A DNA stretch of 45,023 nucleotides from a virus (IMGVR_UViG_3300027271_000076:1-45023); one strand, 5' to 3'. Counted from the first letter of the stretch, positions 17,874 to 27,086 are shown. The notes: generated by a model from the letters alone, not told the origin. Numbers and translations are program-made.

Positions 17874-17903
17874 AGCGTAACGCAAAACGGGACGTCCTGT
17901 CAA
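17874..17903 (-). promoter_or_regulatory. higBA promoter, probably leaderless
   Basis: Minus strand TTGACA-N18-TACGCT ends 5 nt before the GTG start; no SD sequence. Confidence 0.5.
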
Positions 17904-17959
17904 GCGGGACGCTCTGCCTTACGGTACGGCGTTAATATCAACGAACTCAAAGAGATAGC

Positions 17960-18002
17960 GGTTCCTCCCTGGCCGAAATCGTGTGCTGGCGGCAATGGCG
18001 CG
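17960..18002 (+). other. Lambda-like cos site (cosQ-like + cosN-like)
   Basis: GGTTCCT-N20-TGGCGGCAATGG-CGCG, versus lambda GGGTCCT...GGGCGGCGACCT-CGCG; consistent with a Nu1/GpA-type terminase. Confidence 0.55.
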
Positions 18003-18232
18003 ACGCTTGCCCAGTGACGGCGCCGAAATAGGCCATTTCGTTTCGCCTGCATCCTTGGCCTCGTGAATTCAAACACTTGGGCGTCTGCGGACCTCGGCGA
18101 TGGCGAAGCCGCCGGTTGGGGGCGTTTCGTTTCGAGCGCATCGGCGAAGCGGAACCTGTTTTGCCGGCCCAGCACATCGGCTGGTTTCGCGACCGCCGGA
18201 TCAGATCCTTCACCCATCGCACCGGACCGACC

Positions 18233-19555
18233 ATGGAAGTCGTCGAAACGCCGATCGACAAGCTTGTGCCCTATGCGCGCAACCCGCGGCGCAACGAGGA
18301 GGCTGTCGCCACGGTCGCCGCCTCGCTGGCCGAGTTCGGCTGGCGTCAGCCGATCGTCGTCGACGAGGACATGGTGATCGTCGTCGGCCACACCCGCTAC
18401 GAGGCGGCCAAGCGGCTCGGTATGACGAGCGTCCCGGTGCATGTCGCGCATGGCCTGACGCCGGCGCAGCTGCGCGCCTACCGGCTGATGGACAACCGCT
18501 CGCATCAGAATGCGAGCTGGGATGACGAGCTGCTGAAACTCGAACTGGCCGATCTGAAGCTCGACGAGTTCGACCTGGCGCTGACCGGTTTCGAAGACGA
18601 TGAACTGGCCCGTCTCCTGGCCGAGGCGCCCGTCGAGGGGCTGGTGGACGAAGACGAGGTTCCGGAGCCGGCCGCCACGCCTGTCACCCGCCGCGGCGAT
18701 CTCTGGATCCTTGGGGACCACCGCCTGCTCTGCGGAGACTCGACTTCGGCCGAGGACGTCACCCGCCTGATGAACGGCGAGCGCGCCGCGCTGTTCGCAA
18801 CCGACCCGCCCTATCTCGTCGACTATGACGGCACCAACCACCCGACGAAGAAGAACGCGTCGGCCCGGGCCAAGAAGATCGCCAACAAGGACTGGTCCGA
18901 CGACTACATCGAGCAGAAGCATTGGGACGATTCATCCCAGGGTCCGCAGTTCTATGAGGCCTTCATGCAGGTCGCCATCGACTGCGCCATCAAGGAGGAC
19001 GCGGCCTGGTATTGCTGGCACGCCTCGCGGCGCCAGGCGATGCTGGAAGCCTGCTGGTCCAAATTCGACGTTCTGCATCACCAGCAGATCATCTGGGCCA
19101 AGAGCCGTCCGGTGCTGACGCGCTCGATCATGCTGTGGGCGCACGAGCCCTGCCTGTTCGGCTGGCGCTCGGGCAACAAGCCGCGTGTTAATCGTGAAGG
19201 CTTCGAGAACTGGCCGACGACCGTGTGGTCCATCCCGTCGAGTGAGATCGAGACGCGCGAGCACCCGACCTCGAAACCGGTGCGCGTGTTCACGCTGCCG
19301 ATGGAGCTGCACACCGTGCCAGGCGAAATCTGCTACGAGCCGTTCTCCGGCTCGGGCTCGCAACTCATCGCAGGCGAGCGCACAGGGCGACGCGTCTTTG
19401 GGCTCGAACTCTCCGAGACCTTCTGCGACGTCATCGTCAACCGCTGGCAGGTATTCACGGGGAAGTCGGCGAAACTGGACGACGAAGATCGCAGCTTCGA
19501 AGAGGTGAAAGCCGCGCGTCTTGGCGCTGGCGACGGCGCAAAGGACGCGGCATGA
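18233..19555 (+). CDS. ParB-N domain + N6/N4 DNA methyltransferase
   Basis: 440 aa; LVPYARNPR, FGWRQPIVVD, GHTR (ParB/Srx); HRLLCGDS, TDPPY, HPTSKPV, EPFSGSGS. Confidence 0.9.
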   Translation: MEVVETPIDKLVPYARNPRRNEEAVATVAASLAEFGWRQPIVVDEDMVIVVGHTRYEAAKRLGMTSVPVHVAHGLTPAQLRAYRLMDNRSHQNASWDDELLKLELADLKLDEFDLALTGFEDDELARLLAEAPVEGLVDEDEVPEPAATPVTRRGDLWILGDHRLLCGDSTSAEDVTRLMNGERAALFATDPPYLVDYDGTNHPTKKNASARAKKIANKDWSDDYIEQKHWDDSSQGPQFYEAFMQVAIDCAIKEDAAWYCWHASRRQAMLEACWSKFDVLHHQQIIWAKSRPVLTRSIMLWAHEPCLFGWRSGNKPRVNREGFENWPTTVWSIPSSEIETREHPTSKPVRVFTLPMELHTVPGEICYEPFSGSGSQLIAGERTGRRVFGLELSETFCDVIVNRWQVFTGKSAKLDDEDRSFEEVKAARLGAGDGAKDAA

Positions 19556-19773
19556 AGCAATCGCGCCGGATGTCTTTGATCGAGGCGTTGAGCAATGTCG
19601 CTATCGGCTACGGCGTGGCCGTGCTGACCCAGATCGCGGTCTTCCCGTTGTTCGGTCTGCAAGTGTCCCTGAGCGACAATCTGTTGATCGGCGCTCTGTT
19701 CACGCTGGTCTCGGTGGCACGTAGCTATGCCGTGCGGCGCATCTTCGAACGGATGCGCGCTTTGTCTGCATAA
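19552..19773 (+). CDS. Small membrane protein (DUF7220-like)
   Basis: 73 aa; MKQSRRMSLIEA..NVAIGY; two hydrophobic segments; ATGA overlap. Confidence 0.72.
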   Translation: MKQSRRMSLIEALSNVAIGYGVAVLTQIAVFPLFGLQVSLSDNLLIGALFTLVSVARSYAVRRIFERMRALSA

Positions 19774-19776
19774 GCG

Positions 19777-19810
19777 AAACGCCGCCGCCCATCGCGGGCA
19801 GCGGCGCTTC
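19777..19810. terminator. Hairpin between convergent genes
   Basis: CGCCGCCGCCC-ATCGC-GGGCAGCGGCG with only a short T run on the minus strand. Confidence 0.45.
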
Positions 19811-19825
19811 AGTGATGATGACGTG

Positions 19826-20071
19826 TCAACTGGCGGTCGCTCCGAGCAGCTTCGCCCGGAAGTCGGCGCCCACCGGTCGGCTCTCGGCCACCGTGCGGCC
19901 GGCCCGGAGCGCGCCAGCACGGCCGACAAAATAGAAGCCGACCTGCTCGCCGGTTTCCCGGCGCGTTCGCGTGAGGACCGTGTAGCGGGTCGAGCGTGCA
20001 TCAGCGATGATCGCTTCGCCTCGGTGCTGCAGGGCGGCGACGAGACGGTCGTGTATGGTGATCCTCGCCAT
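19826..20071 (-). CDS. Hypothetical protein
   Basis: 81 aa; ATG with GGGAGG RBS 4 nt after the DUF3489 stop. Confidence 0.62.
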   Translation of the reverse strand: MARITIHDRLVAALQHRGEAIIADARSTRYTVLTRTRRETGEQVGFYFVGRAGALRAGRTVAESRPVGADFRAKLLGATAS

Positions 20072-20075
20072 AGCC

Positions 20076-20621
20076 TCAGCCCTCCCGGCTGAGGCGGTAG
20101 ACCCGACCGCGTCCGTCGACCTTCTCGGAGGTCACGTCGAGCCCGAGCTTCTTCTTGAGCGCCCCGGCGATGGCGCCGCGCACGGTGTGCGGCTGCCACC
20201 CGAATGCGGCGGCGATCTCGGCGACGGTTGCTCCGTCGGCGCCCTGCAGCATGGCGATCAGCTGGGCCTGCTTGCTGCCTTCGCGGGCATTTGGCTTCGA
20301 TGACGTCTTGACGGCAGCGTGACCGCTTTGCGTGGGCTCCGCAGAGTCACGCGAGGCCTCCGGCTCGATGCCGATGGCGGCGAGCCCGTGCTCGGTGATC
20401 GCGAGTGTGACGCCGTGGCCGTCGCCGGCCTCGCGCCAAACGTGTTCGCCGATGCGCGTGTCGGCATCGATCTCTTCGAGCAGGCCCTGCTTGAGGAGCG
20501 AAGCGATCACTTTCTGCGCTGCGCCGCCCTTGAGGTTCTTCGGGAGCGGTAGCGCCAGCATGTTCGCGCGCTGCGCGGCGGCGCTGAGGACGATCATCTG
20601 TGTGTCGGAGAGTTTGGTCAT
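20076..20621 (-). CDS. DUF3489 family winged-helix protein
   Basis: 181 aa; MTKLSDTQMIVLSAAAQR; REGSKQAQLIAML...GATVAEI...GWQPHTVRGAIAGALKKKLGL...RGRVYR. Confidence 0.85.
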   Translation of the reverse strand: MTKLSDTQMIVLSAAAQRANMLALPLPKNLKGGAAQKVIASLLKQGLLEEIDADTRIGEHVWREAGDGHGVTLAITEHGLAAIGIEPEASRDSAEPTQSGHAAVKTSSKPNAREGSKQAQLIAMLQGADGATVAEIAAAFGWQPHTVRGAIAGALKKKLGLDVTSEKVDGRGRVYRLSREG

Positions 20622-20723
20622 GGGGCAATCCTTCTTCAGGAGAGGCGCGCGACCATCGCGGACCTTCTACTGCCCCGAGCCCCGAGGGTGAGCCTATCGG
20701 GGCGAAGGCGGGAAGCGGCGCGT

Positions 20724-20945
20724 CTAATCGGCGTGCTCGCCCTCCTTGAAGGCTGCGTCGGTGATGCGCTTCAGGAGTTCGGTGTAGTGGCTGAGCGTTC
20801 CGACATGGCCCCAGTTGATCTCGTCGGGGCTGGTGTCGAAATGGTCGTCGCTCAGCACCTTGATGCGCTCCAGCATCGTGTCGATTTCCGCCTTCTTGGC
20901 GATGAATGCGTCGAGGGCGGTAGCGGTGTTTCTGGACTTGGTCAT
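20724..20945 (-). CDS. Hypothetical phage protein
   Basis: 73 aa; ALDAFIAKKAEIDTML...DDHF...INWGHVGTL; GGAG RBS. Confidence 0.75.
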   Translation of the reverse strand: MTKSRNTATALDAFIAKKAEIDTMLERIKVLSDDHFDTSPDEINWGHVGTLSHYTELLKRITDAAFKEGEHAD

Positions 20946-21092
20946 GGCGGTCTCCAGCGCTTGATGGTGACCCCATACAGGCTCTGACCGACGCCCTCAT
21001 CAAGTCGATAAGTGCATCATTTCATTGCTTTTTATGCAGTGATGGCGGGGCTCCCGACATGACCTGATCTTGCCCGGGAGCGGCCCCCGTTC

Positions 21093-21662
21093 ATGGCGAC
21101 CAATACCCAACCGATCGCGGTCATCGCCCGGCTCCTGGACCTGACCGAAAGGCGGGTCCAGCAGCTGGCGCGCGACGGGATCATCCCGGCGTCAGCTCGC
21201 ACCGGCCCCGAACGCGGGCGCTACGATCTCGTCGGCACGGTGCGCGGCTATGTGCGCTACCTGCGCGAACTGGCGACGCGGTCGCAGACGGGCGCCGCCG
21301 ATTTCGGTGTCGAGCGCGCCCGGCTGATCAAGGCCAAGGCCGATCTCGCCGAAATGGACGCAGCTGTCCGGCGCGGCGACCTCTTGCCGGCCGCTCAGGT
21401 CGAGGAGGCTTGGATCGCCGTGCTGGCCCGCCTGCGCGCGCGTCTGCTGGTCCTGCCCGACAGGCTGGCGCCGCTCGTCCACGAGGAGACGACCATTGCC
21501 GGCACGCGCGCGCAGATCCGCGACGCGATCACCGAAGCGCTCGCGGAACTCGCCAGCCTCCCGGCCATCGCCGTTGGTGCTGAAGGGGCCGGCGCGGCTG
21601 GCGCAGGCGACGCGCAAGGCGCTGACGATCCTGGCGCCGCCGCCGACCCTGACGATCAGTGA
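21093..21662 (+). CDS. Terminase small subunit (Nu1-like)
   Basis: 189 aa; wHTH IARLLDLTERRVQQLARDG, GRYDL, coiled coil ERARLIKAKADLAEM; overlaps the large subunit. Confidence 0.85.
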   Translation: MATNTQPIAVIARLLDLTERRVQQLARDGIIPASARTGPERGRYDLVGTVRGYVRYLRELATRSQTGAADFGVERARLIKAKADLAEMDAAVRRGDLLPAAQVEEAWIAVLARLRARLLVLPDRLAPLVHEETTIAGTRAQIRDAITEALAELASLPAIAVGAEGAGAAGAGDAQGADDPGAAADPDDQ

Positions 21663-23553
21663 GTGGGCCGACGCCAGGCGCCGCCTGAGTTCCGAAGCCA
21701 GCGCCGAGCCCGGCCGCTGGCGCACCGAGCGGGCCATCTACCAGCGCGGCATCATGGACGCGATCTCCGATCCGGCGGTCGAAAGCGTCGTCGTGATGTC
21801 GTCGAGCCAGACCGGCAAGACGGAGGTGCTGCTCAACACCGTTGCATTCCACATCGACCAGGACCCGGCGCCGGTGATGGTGGTGATGCCGACGGAACGC
21901 GATGCGGAGACCTGGTCGAAGGACCGTTTCTCGCCGATGGCGCGCGATACGCCCTGTCTGCATGGACGCATCTCGGATCCGAAGTCGCGGGACGGGTCGA
22001 ACAAGATCCTGCACAAGAAGTTTCCCGGCGGGCATCTGACCATCGTCGGCGCCAATGCACCCTCGGGCCTGGCCAGCCGGCCGATCCGCATCCTCCTGTG
22101 CGACGAGGTCGACCGCTATCCGTTCAGCGCCGGCGCCGAGGGCGATCCGGTCAATCTGGCGAAGAAGCGCACGGTCACCTTCTGGAACCGCAAGATCGTC
22201 CTGGTCTCGACGCCGACCATCCGTGGCGCGAGCCGGATCGAGACGGCGTTCACCGAAAGCGACAGGCGCCGCTTCTTCGCGCCGTGCCCGGAATGCGGCG
22301 AGCATCAGACGCTGGTCTGGGAGCAGGTTCGCTGGGACCGCGACGCGGACGGCGCCCACCGGCCGGAGACCGCGCGATACCAATGCCGCCATTGCGGCGT
22401 GCATTGGAGCGACGCCGAACGCTGGGCCGCCGTGCGCCGGGGCGAATGGCGGGCTGAGGCCCCGTTCGACGGCATCGCCGGCTTTCACCTGAACGAGGTC
22501 TATTCCTCCTGGGTCCGCTTGGAAGCCATGGTGCGCACCTTTCTGTCGGCGAAGGATCACGGCGACGAGGCGATGAAGACCTTCGTCAATACATCGCTGG
22601 GCGAGACATGGGTCGAGACGGGCGAAGCGCCGGACTGGCAGCGGCTCTACGATCGTAGGGAAAGCTGGCCGGCCGGCACGGTGCCGATGGGCGGCCTGTT
22701 TCTCACCGCCGGCGCCGACGTCCAGAAGGATCGCATCGAGGTCGATGTCTGGGCATGGGGTCGCGGGCTGGAGAGCTGGCTCATCGACCACATCGTCATT
22801 GAGGGCGGCCCCGAACACGCCGCCGCATGGTCCGCGTTGGACGGTCTCTTGAGCCGCAACTGGCCGCACGCCTCTGGGGTGGCGATGGGCCTGTCGCGCC
22901 TCGCGATCGACACCGGCTTCGAGGCGCCGTCGGTCTACGGCTGGGCACGGCGCGCCGGCTTCGCGCAGGTGGCGCCAGTCAAGGGTGTCGAGGGTTTCAA
23001 TCGGGCGAGCCCGGTCTCCGGCCCGACCTATGTCGATGCGACCGCCGGCGGCAAGCGATTGCGGCGCGGCGCGCGGCTGTGGTCGGTCGCGGTCTCGACC
23101 TTCAAGGCCGAGACCTATCGCTACCTCCGGCTCGAACGGCCGACCGACGAGGAGCGTGCCGGAGGCGCCAGCTTTCCCGCAGGGACCATCCACCTGCCGG
23201 CTTGGGCCGACAGCGAGTGGTGCAAGCAGTTCGTCGCCGAACAGCTGGTGACGGTGAAGACCAGGCGCGGGTTTCAGCGGCTCGAATGGCAGAAGCTCCG
23301 CGAACGCAACGAGGCGCTGGATTGCCGGGTCTATGCCCGTGCCGCCGCCTGGATCGCCGGTGCCGACCGCTGGGGCGAGCAGAAATGGCGCGATCTCGAA
23401 CGCCAGGTCGGCTCGCTCGATCCGAGCAACACAGTGGGGCCAGAGACCACGGCCTCTGACCCCGGCACGCCAGAGATCGCCTCCGCGGGTCTGGTGCGAC
23501 GAGCGCCTGCCCGGCGCGGCCGACGGGTGTTCACGCCCAGCTATCTGAGTTGA
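21577..23553 (+). CDS. Terminase large subunit (GpA family)
   Basis: TISEWAD, SSQTGKTE, CDEVDRY, VSTPT, CPECG, GADVQKDR, RNEALDCRVYA. Start 21574/21577 is inferred. Confidence 0.93.
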   Translation: MLKGPARLAQATRKALTILAPPPTLTISEWADARRRLSSEASAEPGRWRTERAIYQRGIMDAISDPAVESVVVMSSSQTGKTEVLLNTVAFHIDQDPAPVMVVMPTERDAETWSKDRFSPMARDTPCLHGRISDPKSRDGSNKILHKKFPGGHLTIVGANAPSGLASRPIRILLCDEVDRYPFSAGAEGDPVNLAKKRTVTFWNRKIVLVSTPTIRGASRIETAFTESDRRRFFAPCPECGEHQTLVWEQVRWDRDADGAHRPETARYQCRHCGVHWSDAERWAAVRRGEWRAEAPFDGIAGFHLNEVYSSWVRLEAMVRTFLSAKDHGDEAMKTFVNTSLGETWVETGEAPDWQRLYDRRESWPAGTVPMGGLFLTAGADVQKDRIEVDVWAWGRGLESWLIDHIVIEGGPEHAAAWSALDGLLSRNWPHASGVAMGLSRLAIDTGFEAPSVYGWARRAGFAQVAPVKGVEGFNRASPVSGPTYVDATAGGKRLRRGARLWSVAVSTFKAETYRYLRLERPTDEERAGGASFPAGTIHLPAWADSEWCKQFVAEQLVTVKTRRGFQRLEWQKLRERNEALDCRVYARAAAWIAGADRWGEQKWRDLERQVGSLDPSNTVGPETTASDPGTPEIASAGLVRRAPARRGRRVFTPSYLS

Positions 23554-23563
23554 GACCGAGACC

Positions 23564-23776
23564 ATGACGCTTGAGGACATGATCGCGCGCCGCGATGCGC
23601 TGCTCGCCGCCCGATGGCGCGGCGTGCGCACCGTCGAGGTCGAGGGGCGCCGCATCACCTATGCGAGCGATGCCGAAATGGCGGTCGCCCTCGGCGACCT
23701 CGAACGGCGGATCGCCGAGGAGCAAACCGGCGCGCGCCGTCGCATCGTTCGCACGACGGCAAGCAAGGGGCTCTGA
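23564..23776 (+). CDS. Head-tail joining protein (gpW-like)
   Basis: 70 aa; GVRTVEVEGRRITYAS; lies between terminase and portal. Confidence 0.8.
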   Translation: MTLEDMIARRDALLAARWRGVRTVEVEGRRITYASDAEMAVALGDLERRIAEEQTGARRRIVRTTASKGL

Positions 23777-23779
23777 CTC

Positions 23780-25258
23780 GTGCTGGAATCGATCACACGG
23801 TGGCGCCGCCGCATCGGCGCTCTGGTGGGCGGCTTCGAGGCGGGCCAGGCAAGCCGCAGGCTGCGGCACTTCCAGCCGAGCCGGGCGCATCTCAACACGC
23901 TGATCGCGGCCGCCGGCGCCGACATCACCGCGCGCGCCCGATGGCTGGTGCGCAACAACGGCTATGCGGCGAACGCCATCGAGAGCTGGGCCGGCAATGT
24001 GGTGGGCGACGGCATCAAACCGTCGTCCCTGATCGCCGATGCCGAACTCAAGGCGCGCGTGCAGCGCCTCTGGCTCGACTGGACCGACGACAGCGACGCC
24101 GAGGGGTTCACCGATTTCTATGGCCAGCAGCGGCGCGCCGCGCGCGAGGTATTCATCGCCGGTGAAGTGTTCTTCCGCTTCCGTCCGCGCCGGCCCGATG
24201 ACGGGCTCATGGTGCCGCTGCAGCTGCAGATGATCCCCTCCGAGATGCTGCCGCTCAGCCGCAACGAGCAGCTTCCCGGCGGTAATGTCGTCCGTCAGGG
24301 GATTGAGTTCGACCGGATCGGCAGGCGCGTCGCCTACCACTTCCTGCGCCGCCATCCGGGTGACGTGACCGATCCAGGGCTCGCCGGCGAGATCGTGCGG
24401 GTGTCGGCGGCCGAGGTCATCCACGTCATCGATCCGGTCGATGCTGGGCAGTTGCGCGGGATTTCCCGCTTTGCGCCGGGCATCGTGAAGCTGTTCCTGC
24501 TCGATCAGTACGACGACGCCGAGCTCGACCGGAAGAAGGTCGCGGCCATGCATGCGCTCTTCATCACCACGCCGGCGCCGGCGGAGCCCTTCGACATCGC
24601 CGAGAGCGACGAAGGCGGCGAGCGGACGATGGATCTGCAGCCCGGCCAGATCGTGATGCTGGAGCCGGGCGAGGAAGTGCAGACCTCGGCGCCTGCCGAT
24701 GTCGGCCAGACCTACGAGCCGTTCCAGTACCGCACGTTGCTGCAGGTCTCGGCGGCGCTCGGCATCCCGTATGCGTATCTGTCGAATGACATGCTGAAGG
24801 CAAACTACTCGAACTCGCGGCTCGCGCTCCTCGAGTTCCGCCGCCGCATCGAGGCCTACCAGCACTCGGTCATGGTCTGGCAAATCTGTCGACGGGTCTG
24901 GGCGCGATGGCTCGATACGGCGGTCATGGCGGGCGCGATTGCCTTGCCCGATTACGAACAGCAGAGGCGCGTTTATCTCGGCTGTTCCTGGCTGCCGCCC
25001 AAATGGGACTGGGTCGATCCGCTGAAGGACGCGCGCGCCGAGATCGAACAGATCGAGGCGGGGCTGAAGAGCCGGACACAGGCGCTCGCCGAGCGCGGCT
25101 ATGACGCCGATCAGGTCGATGCCGAGATTGCTGCGGACCGTGCGCGAGAGCGCCAGCTTGGCCTCTCCTTCGGCAGCGCCTCATCCGACCCGAGGCTGCT
25201 GACCGATGCTCAAGAGGCAGCACCAGCGGACAACCAGGCGAACGTCGCCGCCGACTGA
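23780..25258 (+). CDS. Portal protein, lambda family
   Basis: 492 aa; RARWLVRNNGYA, GIEFDRIGRRVAYH, GQLRGIS, NYSNSR, WVDPLKD. Confidence 0.93.
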   Translation: MLESITRWRRRIGALVGGFEAGQASRRLRHFQPSRAHLNTLIAAAGADITARARWLVRNNGYAANAIESWAGNVVGDGIKPSSLIADAELKARVQRLWLDWTDDSDAEGFTDFYGQQRRAAREVFIAGEVFFRFRPRRPDDGLMVPLQLQMIPSEMLPLSRNEQLPGGNVVRQGIEFDRIGRRVAYHFLRRHPGDVTDPGLAGEIVRVSAAEVIHVIDPVDAGQLRGISRFAPGIVKLFLLDQYDDAELDRKKVAAMHALFITTPAPAEPFDIAESDEGGERTMDLQPGQIVMLEPGEEVQTSAPADVGQTYEPFQYRTLLQVSAALGIPYAYLSNDMLKANYSNSRLALLEFRRRIEAYQHSVMVWQICRRVWARWLDTAVMAGAIALPDYEQQRRVYLGCSWLPPKWDWVDPLKDARAEIEQIEAGLKSRTQALAERGYDADQVDAEIAADRARERQLGLSFGSASSDPRLLTDAQEAAPADNQANVAAD

Positions 25259-25265
25259 GGTTTCC

Positions 25266-26585
25266 ATGACGCGATTGAATCCGCTGCTCACCCGGCTCGG
25301 CGGTCGGCCCTTGGCGATCGCCCCGCGAGCGCTCGACGGCCTGCTCGCCGCCGGCCCAATGCTCGATACACGCCAGGCCATGCTTCCGGCCCGCGATGCG
25401 CCGCAGGTGGCGAGCCATTCCGTTACCGGTCCCGGCATCGCCGTGGTGCCGATCCTCGGGCCATTGGTGACGCGTGGCGACTGGCTCACCGGTTTTCTGG
25501 GCGCCAGCGACTATGGCGAGATCGCTTTTGCGGTGGAGGCCGCGCTGGCCGATCCAGCTGCGCGGGCCGTGTTGCTGGAACTGGACTCGCCAGGCGGTGA
25601 GGTCGGCGGTCTCTTCGATCTGGTCGATCGCCTCGTGTCCTTGCGCGAAGCCGCGCAGAAGCCACTCTGGGCTGTCGCGAGCGAAAGCGCGCTGTCGGCT
25701 GCCTTTGCCATCGCCAGCGTGGCGGACCGCCTTTACGTCACCCGGACGGCGGAGGTCGGATCCATCGGCGTCGTGGCCATCCATGTCGACGAGAGCATCG
25801 CCGACGTCATGGCCGGCCTCAAATGGACGCTCGTTCACGCGGGCGATCGCAAGATCGAGGGCAATGCCCACGAGCCGCTTTCGGATACGGCGTTGTCGGC
25901 GATCCAGGCGGATGTCGACGCGCTCCATGCCGACCTCGTCACCCTGGTGGCGCGCAACCGGAACATGAGCCCCGGCGCTGTCCACGCGACGCAGGCCGCG
26001 ATCTATCGGGGCCAGCGGGGCATCGACGCCGGCCTTGCCGACCAAGTCGGCACCGTCGGCCACGCACTTGCCGATCTCACCCGGATGCTCGACCCGCCAC
26101 GCCTGATCAGGGGTGCTTCGCAGAGCGCCCGCAGTCGTCAACCTCCAAGGAGAAAGACCGAAATGACCATCGACCCCAATGCCGGTGCGGCGATCGATGG
26201 CGACGCCGTCATCGAGACGAACGCGCCCGAACCGGAAACCCCCGATACGCCGCAGCCCGCACCGCCGGTCGCGGCGCCGGCGACCACCGACGTACCCACC
26301 ACCGACCACACCGCGGAACGGTTGCGCGCCGAATATGCGGAGATCGCCGCCATTGCCGCCCAGGGTGCCCGACTGGGCGTCGCCATCGACGCCGCCGACG
26401 CCATGGCCAAGGGGATTGCGCCGCATGCGCTGCGAAGCTCCATCCTCGACGCCCTCGCGGCACGCGCCGAGGCGAGCTCTGTGGTCGCCGTGGCGCCGTC
26501 ACCGGCCGGCTCGCCGGCATCGAACGGCGGCGAAAGCCCCATCGTGCGTCGTGCGCGTGAGCGCGCCTCGGCCAACCGCAGCTGA
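25266..26585 (+). CDS. Head maturation protease, S49 family (gpC-like), with C-terminal scaffold
   Basis: 439 aa; LDSPGGEV, SAAFAIAS, VGSIGV; Pro/Ala-rich C-terminus. Confidence 0.88.
   Translation: MTRLNPLLTRLGGRPLAIAPRALDGLLAAGPMLDTRQAMLPARDAPQVASHSVTGPGIAVVPILGPLVTRGDWLTGFLGASDYGEIAFAVEAALADPAARAVLLELDSPGGEVGGLFDLVDRLVSLREAAQKPLWAVASESALSAAFAIASVADRLYVTRTAEVGSIGVVAIHVDESIADVMAGLKWTLVHAGDRKIEGNAHEPLSDTALSAIQADVDALHADLVTLVARNRNMSPGAVHATQAAIYRGQRGIDAGLADQVGTVGHALADLTRMLDPPRLIRGASQSARSRQPPRRKTEMTIDPNAGAAIDGDAVIETNAPEPETPDTPQPAPPVAAPATTDVPTTDHTAERLRAEYAEIAAIAAQGARLGVAIDAADAMAKGIAPHALRSSILDALAARAEASSVVAVAPSPAGSPASNGGESPIVRRARERASANRS
26163..26585 (+). CDS. Nested in-frame scaffolding protein (Nu3-like)
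   Basis: AAGGAG (26147-26152) lies 10 nt before an in-frame ATG at 26163; 140 aa. Confidence 0.6.
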   Translation: MTIDPNAGAAIDGDAVIETNAPEPETPDTPQPAPPVAAPATTDVPTTDHTAERLRAEYAEIAAIAAQGARLGVAIDAADAMAKGIAPHALRSSILDALAARAEASSVVAVAPSPAGSPASNGGESPIVRRARERASANRS

Positions 26586-26602
26586 GGAAAGGAAGGATCA
26601 TC

Positions 26603-26992
26603 ATGACCGTTCTCACCATGTCGCCGACCCTTGGCGACCTGCTCAAATACGAGCTCAATGCGAGCTACTGCCGCGAGGCTGTGACCCTCAAGGCTGGCAC
26701 GAACTACGCGCTCGGATCCGTCCTCGGCCGGATCACCGCCTCGGGCAAGTACCGCCTGTCGCCGGACGCCGAGGTCGTCGGAGACGAGGGTGCGGAGGTC
26801 GCAACGGCCGTCCTGATCGAGGCGGTCGACGCGACGGCCGGCGATAGGACCGGCCTCATGGTTGCCCGCGGCCCGGCGATCGTCTCCAAGGCGGCGCTCG
26901 TCTTCGACGCCTCCGTCGATGACGCGGCCAAGACGACCGTCAAGCACACCGAGCTGAGCTCTGCCGGTATCGTGCCGCGCGACACCGCCTGA
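26603..26992 (+). CDS. Head decoration protein (gpD-like)
   Basis: 129 aa; REAVTLKAG...GSVLGRITASGKY; lies between protease and capsid. Confidence 0.85.
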   Translation: MTVLTMSPTLGDLLKYELNASYCREAVTLKAGTNYALGSVLGRITASGKYRLSPDAEVVGDEGAEVATAVLIEAVDATAGDRTGLMVARGPAIVSKAALVFDASVDDAAKTTVKHTELSSAGIVPRDTA

Positions 26993-27021
26993 TCCGCGCT
27001 CGTCAGATCCAATCCGTCACC

Positions 27022-27053
27022 GGCTCCGAGGCGTCCGCCTTCGGGGTCTTTTT
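27022..27053 (+). terminator. Intrinsic terminator-like hairpin inside the head operon
   Basis: GGCTCCGAGGCG-TC-CGCCTTCGGGGTC followed by TTTTT. Confidence 0.5.
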
Positions 27054-27086
27054 CATGCCCGTCGCATCCCAAGGAGACCCGACATC

